A stretch of 64,000 nucleotides of DNA from the human T2T-CHM13v2.0 reference genome, Homo sapiens (GCF_009914755.1 NC_060929.1), one strand, 5' to 3'; positions 1 to 12,551 are shown, numbered from the stretch's first letter. Notes: generated from the sequence alone by a model not told the origin. Translations and numbers: made by a program.

Positions 1-55
1 AGCCTTCTTTAACAGGAGGGAAAGTCCCTCATAAATCAGGAGAAGAAAAGGCCCT

Positions 56-421
56 TGTATCAGTCCATTTTTATGCTGCTGAAAAAGACATACCTTAGAC
101 TGGGCGATTTACAAACGAAAGAGGTTTAATTGGACTCACAGTTCCACATGGCTGGGGAGGCCTCACAATCATGGCAGAAGGGAAGGAGGAGCAAATCGCA
201 TCTACATACATGGCAGAAGGCAAAAAAAAAAAAAGAAAGAGAGCTTGTGCAGGGGAACTCCTCTTTTTAAAACCATCAGATCTCATGAGACTTATTCACT
301 ATCAACAGAACAGCATGGGAAAGACTTGTTCCCATGATTCAATTGCCTCTCACCAGGTCCCTCCCACAACACGTGGGAATTCAAGATGAGATTTGGGTGG
401 GGACACAGCCAAACCATATCA
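56..421 (-). mobile_element. THE1 (THE1B/C-like) MaLR solo LTR
   Basis: Runs tgtatcagtcc...gagatttgggtggggacacagccaaaccatatca, the reverse complement of the THE1 LTR; near-TSD gccct/cccct. Confidence 0.9.
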
Positions 422-685
422 CCCCTCTTAATAGGAGACCTCAGCAGCAGGAGGGGAAAAGACCCCTCACAAACAAAACCCAAATAAAACCAAAGAACTC
501 AACTGAAACAAAAATGAGAGCTCAACTCAAGAAAGAGTCATGGTACCGGGGGAGGAAGCAACCCCTGGAAGCCAGGGGCAGGGACACTCAAGGAGCCCCA
601 GAGTGGGCACCCCATGCAATCCTTCCAGGGGCGTTGATCTCTCCAAGGTGAGTCAGCTTCAAACCCCACTTCTGACAACAGGTTA

Positions 686-1240
686 TGTCAACATAAAAAA
701 AAAGAGAGCTGAATCTCTAAATAAGAAGGTTTAATTTGGAATAATATACAAGAAGTAGGATTACAATCTGGGACATCCATACAGACCAGGGTGACCTCTG
801 GTGGGTACAGAGAACAAAGGAAAAGTTAGAGTTGATAGGGGAAAGAGGAGTTGCCCCATGTTGTTTTGAAAGAAAGTTCACTGGGGCTGGCAGTGACTTG
901 CAAGAGCTGGTGCGTGCCAACGGGCAAATGTGAGCGGTTGCTGGGTGTGACTTGCAATCTTGGAGCTAGGGTTAGGTCCTTGTCATTTTGTATGGGGCTT
1001 GTGTGACAATGTGCCAGGCGAGTGTTCTTGTGTGAGCAGGGGGCTGTCCTGGTGCTGCTGGCTGCCCTGGTGCTGCTGGCTGCCCTCGTGTGACTCCTTA
1101 GTGAGCTCCAGTTTGGGAAAATTTCTTGTGAGAGCTCTCATTATCAGGCAAATGGTACGTGAGAACCCCCGCTGCTTCCCTGGCACTATTTGTCAGAGGT
1201 TGACACAAGTGACTCCATTTTGAATCTGACAACTTTCACA
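686..1240 (-). mobile_element. ERV1 solo LTR, MER65-like
   Basis: Right end reverse-complements to tgtgaaagttgtcagattcaaaatggagtcacttgtgtcaa; TG...CA termini; subfamily from memory. Confidence 0.7.
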
Positions 1241-1748
1241 GTGTGCACTCCTTGTGTATTAAACTGGAATTTATGGCTCTCTATGTGTGGTGAAGATCTG
1301 TGCACGGGTGCACCCAACTGCCTAGGCACCACCTGGCATGGAGGAACCTCCCATCTCTCACTGCCTCCCCCCGTTTCACCTGTTCTCTGCCCACCAGAGT
1401 GGACTTCATTCTGTTCCTGGCCTGGGGCAAGGCTAGATCAGCCCCACACAGGCCACCATGACCCTTCCAGGTTGGGTTGATCCTGCCCATTCTATGCTTC
1501 TCCACACCTGCCCCTCCTCCTGGCACCCCGACTGGTTCATAGCCCTCACCACCCTGTTGTAAAGTCCAGTTTCCTGGTTGTAGGGTGCTCAATAAGCATC
1601 TGTTACAAGAACAAGTGGAGGAGAGTGAACAAATCCCCGGGGATTCTGATGAGGCCTCAGAGAGGGCTGGACCTGTGGAAGCCCAGAAAAAAAAAAGTCC
1701 TGAATGATTGAATCATGTCTCTGCAGGGTCACATTTCCTATCTCAGGC

Positions 1749-1925
1749 AGGTTGCCAAATTTAACAATTAAAAATACAGACTGCCCAGTCAAAGTTGAAT
1801 TTCAGATAAACAGCGAGTGATTTTTTAGTGTAAGTATGTCCCAAATGTGGTATGGGACATTCTTACACTAAAATGTTGATTGTTTTTATCTGAAATTCAA
1901 ACTTAACTGCACATCCTATGTCTAT
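1749..1925. mobile_element. MER53 palindromic MITE (DNA transposon)
   Basis: ttgaatttcagataaa...ttttagtgtaagtatgtccca/tgggacattcttacactaaaa...tttatctgaaattcaa inverted repeat typical of MER53. Confidence 0.85.
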
Positions 1926-1942
1926 TTCAACTGTACACTAAA

Positions 1943-2210
1943 GCATCCTGTACCCCAGGGCATCCTGTACCCCAGGGCATCCTGTACGCTAGAGCATTCT
2001 ATACCCCAGAACATCCTCTACCCGGAGCATCGTGTACCCCAGAGTATCCTGTACCCCGGGGCATCCTGTACCCTGGAGCATCCTGTACCCAAGGCATCCT
2101 GTATCCCAGAACATCCTGTACCCCGGAGCATCCTCTACCCAGAGCATCCTGTACCCCAGAGCATCCTATACCCTGGAACATCCTGTACCCTGGAGCATCC
2201 TGGAGCATCC
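1943..2210. repeat. Minisatellite, 16-17 bp unit (gcatcctgtaccccagg-like), ~16 copies
   Basis: Directly visible tandem array with variant units. Confidence 0.95.
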
Positions 2211-3109
2211 CAAGCAGAGGGAAGACTCCTTGGGAGGCACTGTGGCAGCATGAAATTTCCTGACTCAGAGGCTGAGCACAAGCCCCACTGTGGCAGGGAG
2301 GCCTGGCTCTCTCCCCAGCTGGTTTCTCTCCATATCCCGCTCAGCATGCACTGCCCATCAGACAGCAGAGGCTCAAGCTTCCCAGCCAGGGAGGAAACAA
2401 GGAGCTGCCTCCCCAGGGACAGGAGGTACAGGCATGATGAAGGGTGGCACGGGAAGGACCCCTGAAGGGTCATAGGTTGACCATAGGCAGGCAGTGAGCA
2501 GCTTCTCCCCCTGCCTCCAGACCTGGATCGAGCCCGCCCCTTTCCAGTCCAGTCCTGCTCAGCCCCTTAAGAACTTTGCAAGTCCCTGTCCTTCATTTAA
2601 AAATACCTCAGCTGATGCCAGCACCTCTTTGAGAAGGCGTGGTGAGGACTCAGCAAATGAGGTGCTCTCCCAAGTTGGAGCATCTGCGAGGCCTCCAGCC
2701 CCAGCCCTGGAAGTCAGCAGAGATGGACCATGGAGCCGTCTGCCATGTCTGGGGAGTAGAGCAAGGTGAACTGGCCACCAGAGACTGAGCTTCTTCCTGC
2801 TCAGGGCAAACATGAGCCCCATCTGTGTGGGCAGAGGCACCCACAGACCTGAGCCCCTTCCTATGCCCCAAATGGTCTGGCCCCAGCTCTGAGGGCCTCA
2901 GAGCAGGAACTGCATGTTGCAGTGGAGGAGAGCCAGAGGGTGTGGCTCCCAAGCAGCCCATACCCATTCCACAATCAGGAGGAATGGGAGAGGCCATCCC
3001 AGAAAATGACAGGTGAGCAAATACCGACTCAATTTCCAACATGGATAGTTCCAGAAACAGCAATTCTATGAAACCTAGATCTGTGACTGTTGATAATTAC
3101 TTGCCAAAG

Positions 3110-3900
3110 TCCAGCATGGCTGTTCACTTACATGTTAGGGCAAAAGATCCTCTCCTCGGGGGTGTGAGTGTGTGGTGAGGGAGCTCCGGGGCAGATCATG
3201 GTGCATCTTGGTTCTGGGGCAAACTTGTGAAGCCCCTGCCTATGTCCCATGGGTAGGAAGATGGAATATGAGCTGGGCAATAGCATTGTCCAGTGGATTC
3301 AAAACCACTGGATGGCCATGCCTGTGAGTGTGGGTTACTGGTCTGAGGTCAACCTAGAGTCCTTCAGTGGCTCCAAATCCTATTCCATTCAAGATATTCA
3401 TCCCTCCTGATGCCAGGGGGATACCTGGCTGCCTCCAGGGGTGGATGGAATGAATGATCTTAGAATAACCTCCATAAGTATTCCAATCAGACCTTGGCTG
3501 ATAGCTTGGGTGAAGCTATGGATGGGCTTCTCATGAGGTTTGCAGACAATCTGTGTTTAGAGGGAGGCAAACACCACATATTGCAGAATGAAGGTTCAGA
3601 GACCAAATTTGCCAGGTGCAAATGTTGGGCCAAAACAAGCAAGGTGAAGTTTAAACAACATAAACATAAACTCCTGCATCCTGATTACACAAATAGAAGT
3701 TAAGCGGCCTTTTCTATAATTCAGGGAAGATGCAGCTCTGGGATCAGAGAGTGACAAGCTGCTGCCAAAGCTAACACAGACACCTGTCGTGTAGGTCAGG
3801 GTGGCGCAGCCGCAGGTACTGTTGCTGGCATTTGCTACTGGGACCACATGAACTGAACTGATTTTAATTCCTGGTCCATGTTTCTCTGCTGTAATATCCA
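3110..3900 (+). mobile_element. L3/CR1 LINE reverse-transcriptase fossil
   Basis: ORF 3494-3703 LLMRFADNLCLEGG...KCWAKTSKVKFKQHKHKLLH resembles the CR1 RT pattern LxKFADDTKLGG...WAxxNxMKFNxxKCKVLHL; flanking degenerate QHG-FT, WIxNWL and AAKKAN/RPHLE-like segments. Confidence 0.75.
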
Positions 3901-4977
3901 GGGAGTTATTCTGAAAACCCGCTGCTCCAGTGCACCTAGAAAGGCTGGAAACCCTCTTCTCCAAAGCCTGGAAAGACTCCAAAGCATCTAGAAAGGCCTA
4001 TTGTTTAAATGTGTGATTAGGCTCACAAAACGATAAGGAAAAACCTCAAAAGAACAAGAAGACTAGATCCCAAATCCAGAGAAGTATGGTGGCGCTGAGG
4101 CCCGAGGCTGACCCTGGGCTTGAGGTGGTTCCTGTACCCTGGCGTTGTCCATCTGTAGGGATCTGTGGGGACAGGAGACAAGTTCGTGGTGAGATGCCTC
4201 CCCTACAGCCCACACACCCCAAGGACTCACCTCCAGATACAGGGGAGTGAGGGAAACGGTTCAGATGGATGTAGGTGTGAGACATGCTGGGAACAGCAGG
4301 GACGTCTGTAAGGAGGGAAAGCAGAGTCCGCAGGGCAGAAACAGAGAGGCTGAGCCAGGCTCAGAGGACTCCCAGCAGAGGCAGTCACGCAGGCCAGCAG
4401 GGGTGGCTCTGGAATCCCCGAGCAAGTTGTGGCAGCAAAGAATTCGGGATCTGAGGGGTTTCAGTTGTAGGTCTGAGGTCTGTACTGACAAGGGGCAGGA
4501 TGCCAGCTCAGCAGTAGTGGGGAGGTGAAGACCTCACAGGGGATAGGGGATAGGGATGGGACAAAAGAGGGAGGTCTCTCAGATACAAGACCCATTTACA
4601 GAGTCTCGGCTCATCCAAAGAATATGAGGGGAGGGGGCTTTGTGCTCACAGATGATTGGGTTAGGGGAAAGATGATTAATCACAGGCTGTGGACGCATTT
4701 TCGAGGCAGGAGCCAAGCCTTATGGCAAGATAACGAAGGGGACGGCAAGGGCTGCTCTGTGGGGGTGCCCGGGCTGGGCCCGCAGCACACCACCTGTTCA
4801 CTAGGTCTGGGCAGCAATTAGACCTGCACCCAGCAGGGCCCACAAGGTCAGAACAGGGACTGTGAAGATCAAACGGAAGCGCAGGAGGGTGTTCGAGCCT
4901 TCGGACAGGGCTTGTGCTTCCCCCAAAATCAGTGCAGGTTTGCCGGTGGCTTTCAACCAGAAAGCACTAAGGAACGC

Positions 4978-5332
4978 TGTGTTCGTCCGCTGGGCTGCAT
5001 GACAGAGTACCTCGGGCCGGGCAGCGCACCCAACAGACAGTTATTTTTCCAGAGATGGAGGCTGGAGGTCCCAGAACAAGGTGGCAGCAGGGGCGTGTCT
5101 GGTGAGGGCTCTTTCTGGCTTGCAGACAGCCTCCTTCTCCCTGTGTCCTCACATGGCAGAGAGGGAGACAGAGAGAGAGCTCTGATGTCTCTTCCATCTA
5201 CAAGGACCCCAGCCCTACTGCACCTGGGACCCACCCTATTACCTCCCTATGAAGGCCAACTCTCTGCCTACAGTCACACTGGGGGTTGGGGCCTTAGTAC
5301 ATGAATTTGGGAGGATGCATGCAGTCCACACA
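4978..5332 (-). mobile_element. MLT1A-type MaLR LTR
   Basis: tctggtgagggctct...gcttgcagacagcc...ctgtgtcctcacatggcagagag...acagtcacactggggg. Confidence 0.8.
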
Positions 5333-5794
5333 GGCTGAGGCAGGGATGGGAGGTCGGGGTGAACTTGGGAGTGTTTGAAACTGAAGGAAATAAAGTATGG
5401 CCAGGGAACCGCCTTCCAGCATTCCAGCGGGTCCCTCTCAGGGCAGCACTTCCTGGCCCTCAGGCTGTGGGTGGCCCCAAGTTAGACGTTTGGCTCAGCC
5501 TGCTCTAGACAGCGCTGGTGGCTGCACCCACAACCCTGTGGGCAGGACTCTGACCCTCACGCTGGCCCGGGTGGGGGCGCCTCCCGTGCCCTTGGCTCAG
5601 CTGCTGCCCCATGGAAGCTGCTCCTGACACCCTTGCTACATGACCCTGTGGATTTGCCCTCGTCCCCTTCGCAGAAGGGGAACCAGAGAAAGCATTTCCA
5701 CCAGGCTTTTGAAGTGAGATTCGGGTGGGGGGGTTTGAGTTTTCTTTTGCTTTTATTAGTGTCTGGTGCTTTTTTTACCCTCTTTTCTCCATTT

Positions 5795-6180
5795 CAAATT
5801 GTATTTTTATTCTAATAAAATATGTATAACATAAAATGTGCTATGGTAACCATTGCGAAGTATACAGCTCAGGGGGACCAAGCACAGTCACGCTGTTGCG
5901 TGGCCATCAGCTCCATCCAGCTCCAGAACGTGTTTCATCTTCCCAGACTTCCCATTCCACTTCCTGTCTCTAAGATCGTGACTCCTCTGGGGACCTCATA
6001 GGAGTGGAATCACAGCCTTTGCCCTTTTGTGACTGGCTTATTTCACTTAGCACAATGTCTTCGAAGTTCACCCCCTGTACCATGTGTCTGTATTTTCTTC
6101 TTTTTTAAGAATGGATAATATTCTCATGTGAGGATGGACCACATCTTGTTTATCCATTCATCTGGCGATGAGCACTGTGA
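5795..6180 (-). mobile_element. L1MB/L1MC 3' UTR fragment
   Basis: ggacctcataggagtggaatc...gactggcttatttcacttagcacaatgtc...tttatccattcatc. Confidence 0.8.
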
Positions 6181-6582
6181 TGGTTTTTCTCTCCTGGGCA
6201 CATGAGGATGCCTGAGCCTGGCTGGTCCTCCTGCCCTTCTCAGGGAGACGGATGGCGTGTTCCATCTTTGCTCTCTGCTACATTGTGCATTTGGGCGCAG
6301 AGACAAATTCAGAAAGGCTTCTAATTATGCAAGGAATCGAGGTCTCATCTCCTCAGCACACTTGTTTACAGCACTGAGCCCTCCTCTCCCTCTCCCTCCG
6401 CCACACACTGGGGCTTTGTCCCCTCTGGAACAGACACTGGTCAACAGCCTGGTGTCATCCCACAGACCTCCTGTGTGTGGACCAAAGGTCCTCAACATTT
6501 AGGGATGGTCCCCTCACAGGGGGTCGGCCCTCTGTGTCTGAACGTGGCCAAGCCACGACCCCTGATGGAAAGTTACAAGGAG

Positions 6583-6885
<303 letters not shown>

Positions 6886-8254
6886 GAAAGTTACAAGGAG
6901 GCCAGTGTGAGGAAGAATTTTCTACAGAACGGAGCTCTGGGAGAAGGAAGAAATCACCCTGCGGAAGAAGTGAGTTCCCCATCACAGTGGGTATCCAACG
7001 GCTGAACGCCCATGAGTGAGGAGTGTTGAAGAGGTCTCTGGATTTAAGGGTAGGAGGCATGACAGAGTCTATGTCCTTTCCAACTCCAGCATCCTCATGG
7101 CCTCGATACCCCAGACAGAGTGAAGACTATGAGGCCCCAAGTCCTCAAGAGGGAGAGGGGCTGCTGCCTGCAAGGGAGAAGGATAGAGCCAAGGAAGCAA
7201 GCCCAGGGGCCCCTGGGAGACACTGGGCGAGATTCCAGGGGGCAGGGTCTATTCCCAGAAACGAGATGGATTGGAACGGCCACAGGAGAAAGGCAATGGG
7301 ATCGGTCACCTTTGCAGCATTTGTTGTTAATGGACAGAGGTGCTGCCCCTCCTGGCTCAGCCTTGTCTGCAAGACCAAGTGGGTGCAGGCGCTGGCCTGG
7401 TTGCTGGGAGGCACGGGGCAGGAGAAGCTGTGCCCCTCTCTCCACAGGGTTGGAGCTAGAGCTAATGAAGTCTAGCTCTGTGGCCTGCCATGCTTGGCCA
7501 GGTGTCCCTGCAGAGAAGGGAAGCTCTACTCAGTCCAGACAAGGCCACAGTGTCAACAAGGGGACGATGTGGATAAATCAGCACAATCTTGTGACTATGG
7601 CTATTGGTGGGAATAACTAACAAACTAACAATGATGATGACTGTTAACGGTCAAGTGGAGGCAGATGTAAATTTTAGTCTAACAAACAAGAAAGTAAGAC
7701 CAAGTCATTTCTTTATTTTCTTTAAATCCATTCAATTCTAACTTCAGTCCCCCATCTGCCATCAGGCAGGAAACTGAATCTCAGCCAGGCATCAGGGAGG
7801 CCCCAGAGTCCTCCCTTAGTGGCCTGCCCTGGTCACTGTGGGGACGCCGACTGTCCAGCCCAATGGACCCTTAAGGAGTTCAGCAACTCTGCTGCCCCCC
7901 GATGGGAACTCCAGAAGCCCTGCCTGGGGACTGGTCCTTCTGAGGGCTCAAAGTTCTTCCCTCTGCAGCCAGGCCATCCCCCCAGGGATCCCCAAGTCCC
8001 CTCCACACCTGGAACCTACCTCTGAACATCCAGCAAACTTCCACCCTTGGTTTCTAGTTTTCTCAAATACAGGGAGGGAAGTTTCTTACAAATGGCTTCC
8101 GCTTTTGACCATGTAATATAACTCACACTCACCTCACCCGAAGAAACAAGGAACATAAAAACCGGGTCACCCCATGAAATAGCGGGTGGGGGGAAACCAG
8201 AGAGAAGACACTAAATCACGTGCCTGAATAAGCGCATCTCTCACGAGCACCCCA

Positions 8255-8430
8255 CAGCAGCTGGCCAGGGGCAGGTACTGTCGGAGCCTCACCACGCCCA
8301 GCCTTTACAGCAGCTCCTTGGGGAAGGAGCGATTACGATCCCATTTCAGAAATGAGGAAAGTAAGGTAAGGACATGCTAAGGGACTCGCCAGCAGGGAAT
8401 GTGACATCAGAAACCCCATCCAAGCAGCAG
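8255..8430 (-). mobile_element. MIR fragment
   Basis: atcccatttcagaaatgaggaaa MIR core-like motif. Confidence 0.6.
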
Positions 8431-8456
8431 AGGTCCAGGGAGAAAGGCTGCCCCCT

Positions 8457-8821
8457 TGTGATGGCTAATTTTATGTGTCCACCTGTCTGGATATGGCCCC
8501 AGTCATTTGGCCAGACACTAGTCTGGATGTTGCTACGAAGTCTTTTATTTCTTTTAAGATATGATTAACAATTACATCAGAAGACTTTGAATAAAGCCAA
8601 TGACACTCCATAATTTGGGTGGGTCTTACCCAGTCAAAGGCCTTAAAAGCAAAGACCGAGATTTCCCGAAGAAGAAGGGATTCTGTTGAAGACAGCAACA
8701 TGGACACCCTGACTCAGTTTCCAGATCACTGTGAGACTCAGACCCAAGACAACAACACCAACTCCTCCCTAATTTCCAGCCTGTTGATTCTGTTTCTTTG
8801 AAGAACTCCAACTATAATACA
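8457..8821 (+). mobile_element. MLT2 (ERVL) solo LTR
   Basis: Starts tgtgatggctaattttatgtgtc, ends gattctgtttctttgaagaac...taataca. Confidence 0.8.
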
Positions 8822-9049
8822 TCCCCATCTCTATGTGGACAGTGTGGCGAGATTTCCCGAAGTAGAAGGGATTCTGTTGAAGACAGCAACATGGACACCC
8901 TGACTCAGTTTCCAGATCACTGTGAGACTCAGACCCAAGACAACAACACCAACTCCTCCCTAATTTCCAGCCTATTGATTCTGTTTCTTTGAAGAACTCC
9001 AACTATAATACATCCCCATCTCTATGTGGACAGTGTGGCGAGATTTCCC
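8657..9049. repeat. Tandem duplication, 191-bp period, 2 copies
   Basis: 8657-8847 and 8848-9038 differ at 2 visible positions; cgagatttccc starts at 8657, 8848 and 9039. Confidence 0.95.
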
Positions 9050-9613
9050 AGGGAACTCCAGACTTCTGGTCAGAGAATTCAGGACCCCATCTGGCACCAG
9101 CTACACCATCAGCCTCCGCCCCTTGCCACCTCTACTGCCACTTGCTTTCCCTGATAGCATTTATTTACTTGGGGTTCACGTGAACCTTGATCTCAACACA
9201 TCCCTCTTAGCAGAGAAGTTCCAATGATGCACGAGTATGTGTATGTTGATTTGAGTCCTATTTATTTTTCTTTCAAAATATTGAAAAGGTTTTTCTCTCT
9301 AAATGTCTGTCTACTGACAAGTTTTGATCTGTCTTCATTGTTCTGTAATTGCCACTGAGATGTGGTATTCAGTGTGATGAAAATCCCCATTGCATTCCTC
9401 TAATTGAAGGTTTTAAGGAAAGAAACATGTTCAAGACAACGGGCATCCATACTCAAAATTAGGCGTCACCACCCAGGCCAGCGAGCCAGGTAGGGACAGT
9501 GTGCGGACATGGGTATGTCGGCTACAAACAAGCGTCCCCAATCAGTTGGGTCACTCTGTGCAGAAAGGCAGCCAAGCCATTTACCTGGACCCAAATAGTC
9601 AAAGAGAGGTTTT

Positions 9614-9814
9614 ACATCACACACCGGGGCCTGTTGTGGGGTGGGGGGAGTGGGGAGGGATAGTATTAGGAGATATACCTAATGTTAAATGACGAGTTAA
9701 TGGGTGCAGCACGCCAACATGGCACATGTATATATATGTAACTAACCTGCACATTGTGCACACGTACCCTAAAACTTAAAGTATAATAAAAAAAAAAGAA
9801 GAAAATAAAATAAA
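9614..9814 (+). mobile_element. L1PA (about L1PA3-4) 3' terminal fragment, strongly 5' truncated
   Basis: gggagggatagtattaggagatatacctaatg...gtaccctaaaacttaaagtataataaaaa. Confidence 0.95.
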
Positions 9815-9835
9815 GTAGAGGCCATACCCTTCTGC

Positions 9836-9839
<4 letters not shown>

Positions 9840-9893
<54 letters not shown>
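9840..9893 (+). repeat. Pure poly(A) tract, A54
   Basis: Directly visible. Confidence 0.95.
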
Positions 9894-9895
<2 letters not shown>

Positions 9896-11659
9896 ACAAC
9901 CCACCGAGTTAGCTGCAGGTAGTCATTACGCTAAGATAGAAAACTAAAAAACTAGAAAAAATTGTTTTTTACTTTACCAACAACAAAAGGACATAGCTGA
10001 AATCTTAGGGAGATGTACTTTCCCCAAAAGCTTCATTTTGACAAGAATCATGCATTCGTGAGACCTCAGAACACTCTGGATCCCGATCCACTATTAGGAT
10101 TTGCATTTTAGGGCAGATTTGTTTTTATAGACTTGAACATGTTGGATCTTTCGGGCCTTTTGAATTTTATAATCTTCTCTTATGCGGCGAGAGGAGTCAG
10201 TGTAGACAGGGGGTTAAGTAAGAAGGAATCTGGAATAGACTTGTGGTTAATCAGGTCACCAGGGGCAGAAAGGGCCAGTCAGGGCCAGGTGGCTGAGCCA
10301 GACAAGATCAGGTTCCTTGGACCCTTCAGGAAAGGACTCTCGGCCCAGTCACCTTGAACTGTGCTGGGTGAGCCATGGAAGGCGGGTTTGTTTATTACAG
10401 GAGCTCTGAGACCCCCTCATTAGGGACTGTGTACTAAGAATCCCCTGGCGAGCAGGAATGCTGGAGTAAATATTGTGGGAGGCATTTGCCAAACTCAAGC
10501 AACAACAGTGAGCGTCAGAGAAGGAGCCAGCATTTACCCTTGGGGAGCAGGTGCCAGCCAGCAGCTGTGGGTCTCCCTGCAGGCAGGATGGCTGAGCCAG
10601 CTGTGGTCTGGCCCTGATGCTCACTGGGTAGGGAAGGGATAGCAGCAGTCTCTGAATACGCAGAACCTCCGGGGCCTCCATGGAAACTGTCTGGGTGCTT
10701 TGAGTGGGAACCATGTCGCACCTTTTCTTGAAAGGTAAATTGAGTCAGGCCATCTGAATAAGTTTTCCCGCAAAAGTCAGCCCCTCTTTCTAGGGCTCCA
10801 GAGTCCCACAGACCTCCTTTTGCGTTCAGCACCTTCCAAGTTGGTATCACAAGCACATGAGCCACAACCAAGCTAAGCACAAGCCCCAGAGCACCGAGAA
10901 GATGCCTGCCTAGAACACGGATGCAGTGAGAGTGCCTGCTAATGGGCTCAAGGTCCCGGCATGAACAGCCAGAATCAGAGGGGCTATAAAGGAGTCGGCT
11001 GGGCATCCCCCACCCTGGGAAAGAGGGCCTCGGCATCCTTCCCTCCTCAGACAGCCCAGCGAGTCTCACCCTCAGCTTCCCGGGCCAGGGACCTGCTGCA
11101 GGCCATCACTGGCTCACCGAACACGCAGAGGAAGCACCGAGCACCCACATCTGTGCCCACCTCTAGGCTCTGAGCGCCCACCCCAAACACCACCCTTTAT
11201 CTCCTCACTCCCCCTTCCTTCCCATGGACCCTGGTCCCCATCCTCATGGCAATCTCTGCCCTGATCTTCACCCCTTCCAGGTACCCTCTCCCCAGGCCCC
11301 TTCAGGCGACACTCACTTCCCACCCACCTGGACTCAGGAACTGTCAGCTCTGCTCCTGGCAGCACCTCCAAGCCTTTGCCTCCTCCCTGCTGTGCCAGTG
11401 CCCATCACTTCCCTAAAACTTCCTTCCCACTTGGGATTTTTGCTAGAAAAATAAGTGTGGACACCTGGCCAGGGGCTGCCTGATGAACAGTAGCAGCTGG
11501 TGTTGCTGGCTGGCACCCACCCCGTCTCTCCGTCTGGGGAGGCTGCTCTGCTCTCTGTGTTCTCTCCCCTGTGCCTCCCACCACACCACCCACTCCCCTG
11601 CTCCTCCTGGTTCCCTTCTTGCCTGCTAGTTGTAACTGATTACCATCTTACGTTGCAAC

Positions 11660-11960
11660 TTATACTCCTGGGTGATCTCACTCATTGTATGTCTCTACCT
11701 ATTACTTCAGTGTAATCTCTACCCCAGGCCTATTCCTTAATTCCCAGGTCCCCATTTCCAATAGCCTGAGTGTTCTCTGACCCAAACCAAGCTCAGTACA
11801 TTCCCTGATGTACTTCTCTCCCCACCTCCAGCTCTGTCAGTGCAGTACTCAAGCATAAAACTTGGGTGGCATCTGAACCTCTCTCTTTTCCTCACACCTC
11901 CTGCACCAACTACTCATCAATACTTGCATCTTGTGCCACCAGCATGGATCAACCAATAGT
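11660..11960 (+). mobile_element. L2 LINE fragment
   Basis: ctcctgggtgatctcactcat...aaaacttgggtggcatc...ctctcttttcctcacacc, L2-like. Confidence 0.55.
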
Positions 11961-11980
11961 CTTAATCTCCCTTCCTTAAG

Positions 11981-12513
11981 TGTGTTAGGATTTGGTTCAG
12001 CTACCTATAACAAAAAACCTCCAAACCACAGAAATTAAAACATAAAAATACATTATGATCTCACATAAAGTCACCTCAGATGGTTAGGCTCTGGAAGAAG
12101 TCCTGACTTAGTCTCTGGCATTAAAAGTCGGGAGCCTCCACATCAGAGGTTTATTTGGGAGACAGGTATAGTGACCCCATGGATGCCAGGGCCCAGGCTA
12201 CTTCTATCTAGCTCCTTCCTGTTCCCAGTACATTGCCTCATCGTCCAAAGCAGCTGCTGAAGCTCCAGCCGTTACATCTTCATTCCAGACAACAGGAAAG
12301 AGGATGGGAGGATGAAGGTTATGCCTCTGTCTTTTGAAGATAGTTCCTAGACACTTCACACAACATTTCAGCTTATGTATTATTGGCCAAAAGCTGACTC
12401 CAAAAGAGGTAGAACCATTTTTCATTTATTTATGCCTCAAACAAAACTGGGGTCTGTTACTGTGAAAGAAGAGGAGAATAGACATAGGGAAGCAACCAGC
12501 CATTGTGGCCACA
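11981..12513 (-). mobile_element. Old MLT1 (J/K/L-type) MaLR LTR
   Basis: gcagctgctgaagctccagcc...catcttcattccag; aacaaaactggggtctgttactg...gaggagaatagacatagg. Confidence 0.65.
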
Positions 12514-12551
12514 CCACAGCATTTTCCCCAACTGAGCACCAAGATGAAGTA

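Noticed and set aside
1943-2210. CRISPR-like or repeat-protein interpretation of the array
   Set aside because: No unique spacers, no cas genes, human context; an ordinary minisatellite
10981-10995. TATA-like gggctataaagg
   Set aside because: Isolated short motif with no CpG island, supported first exon or downstream gene
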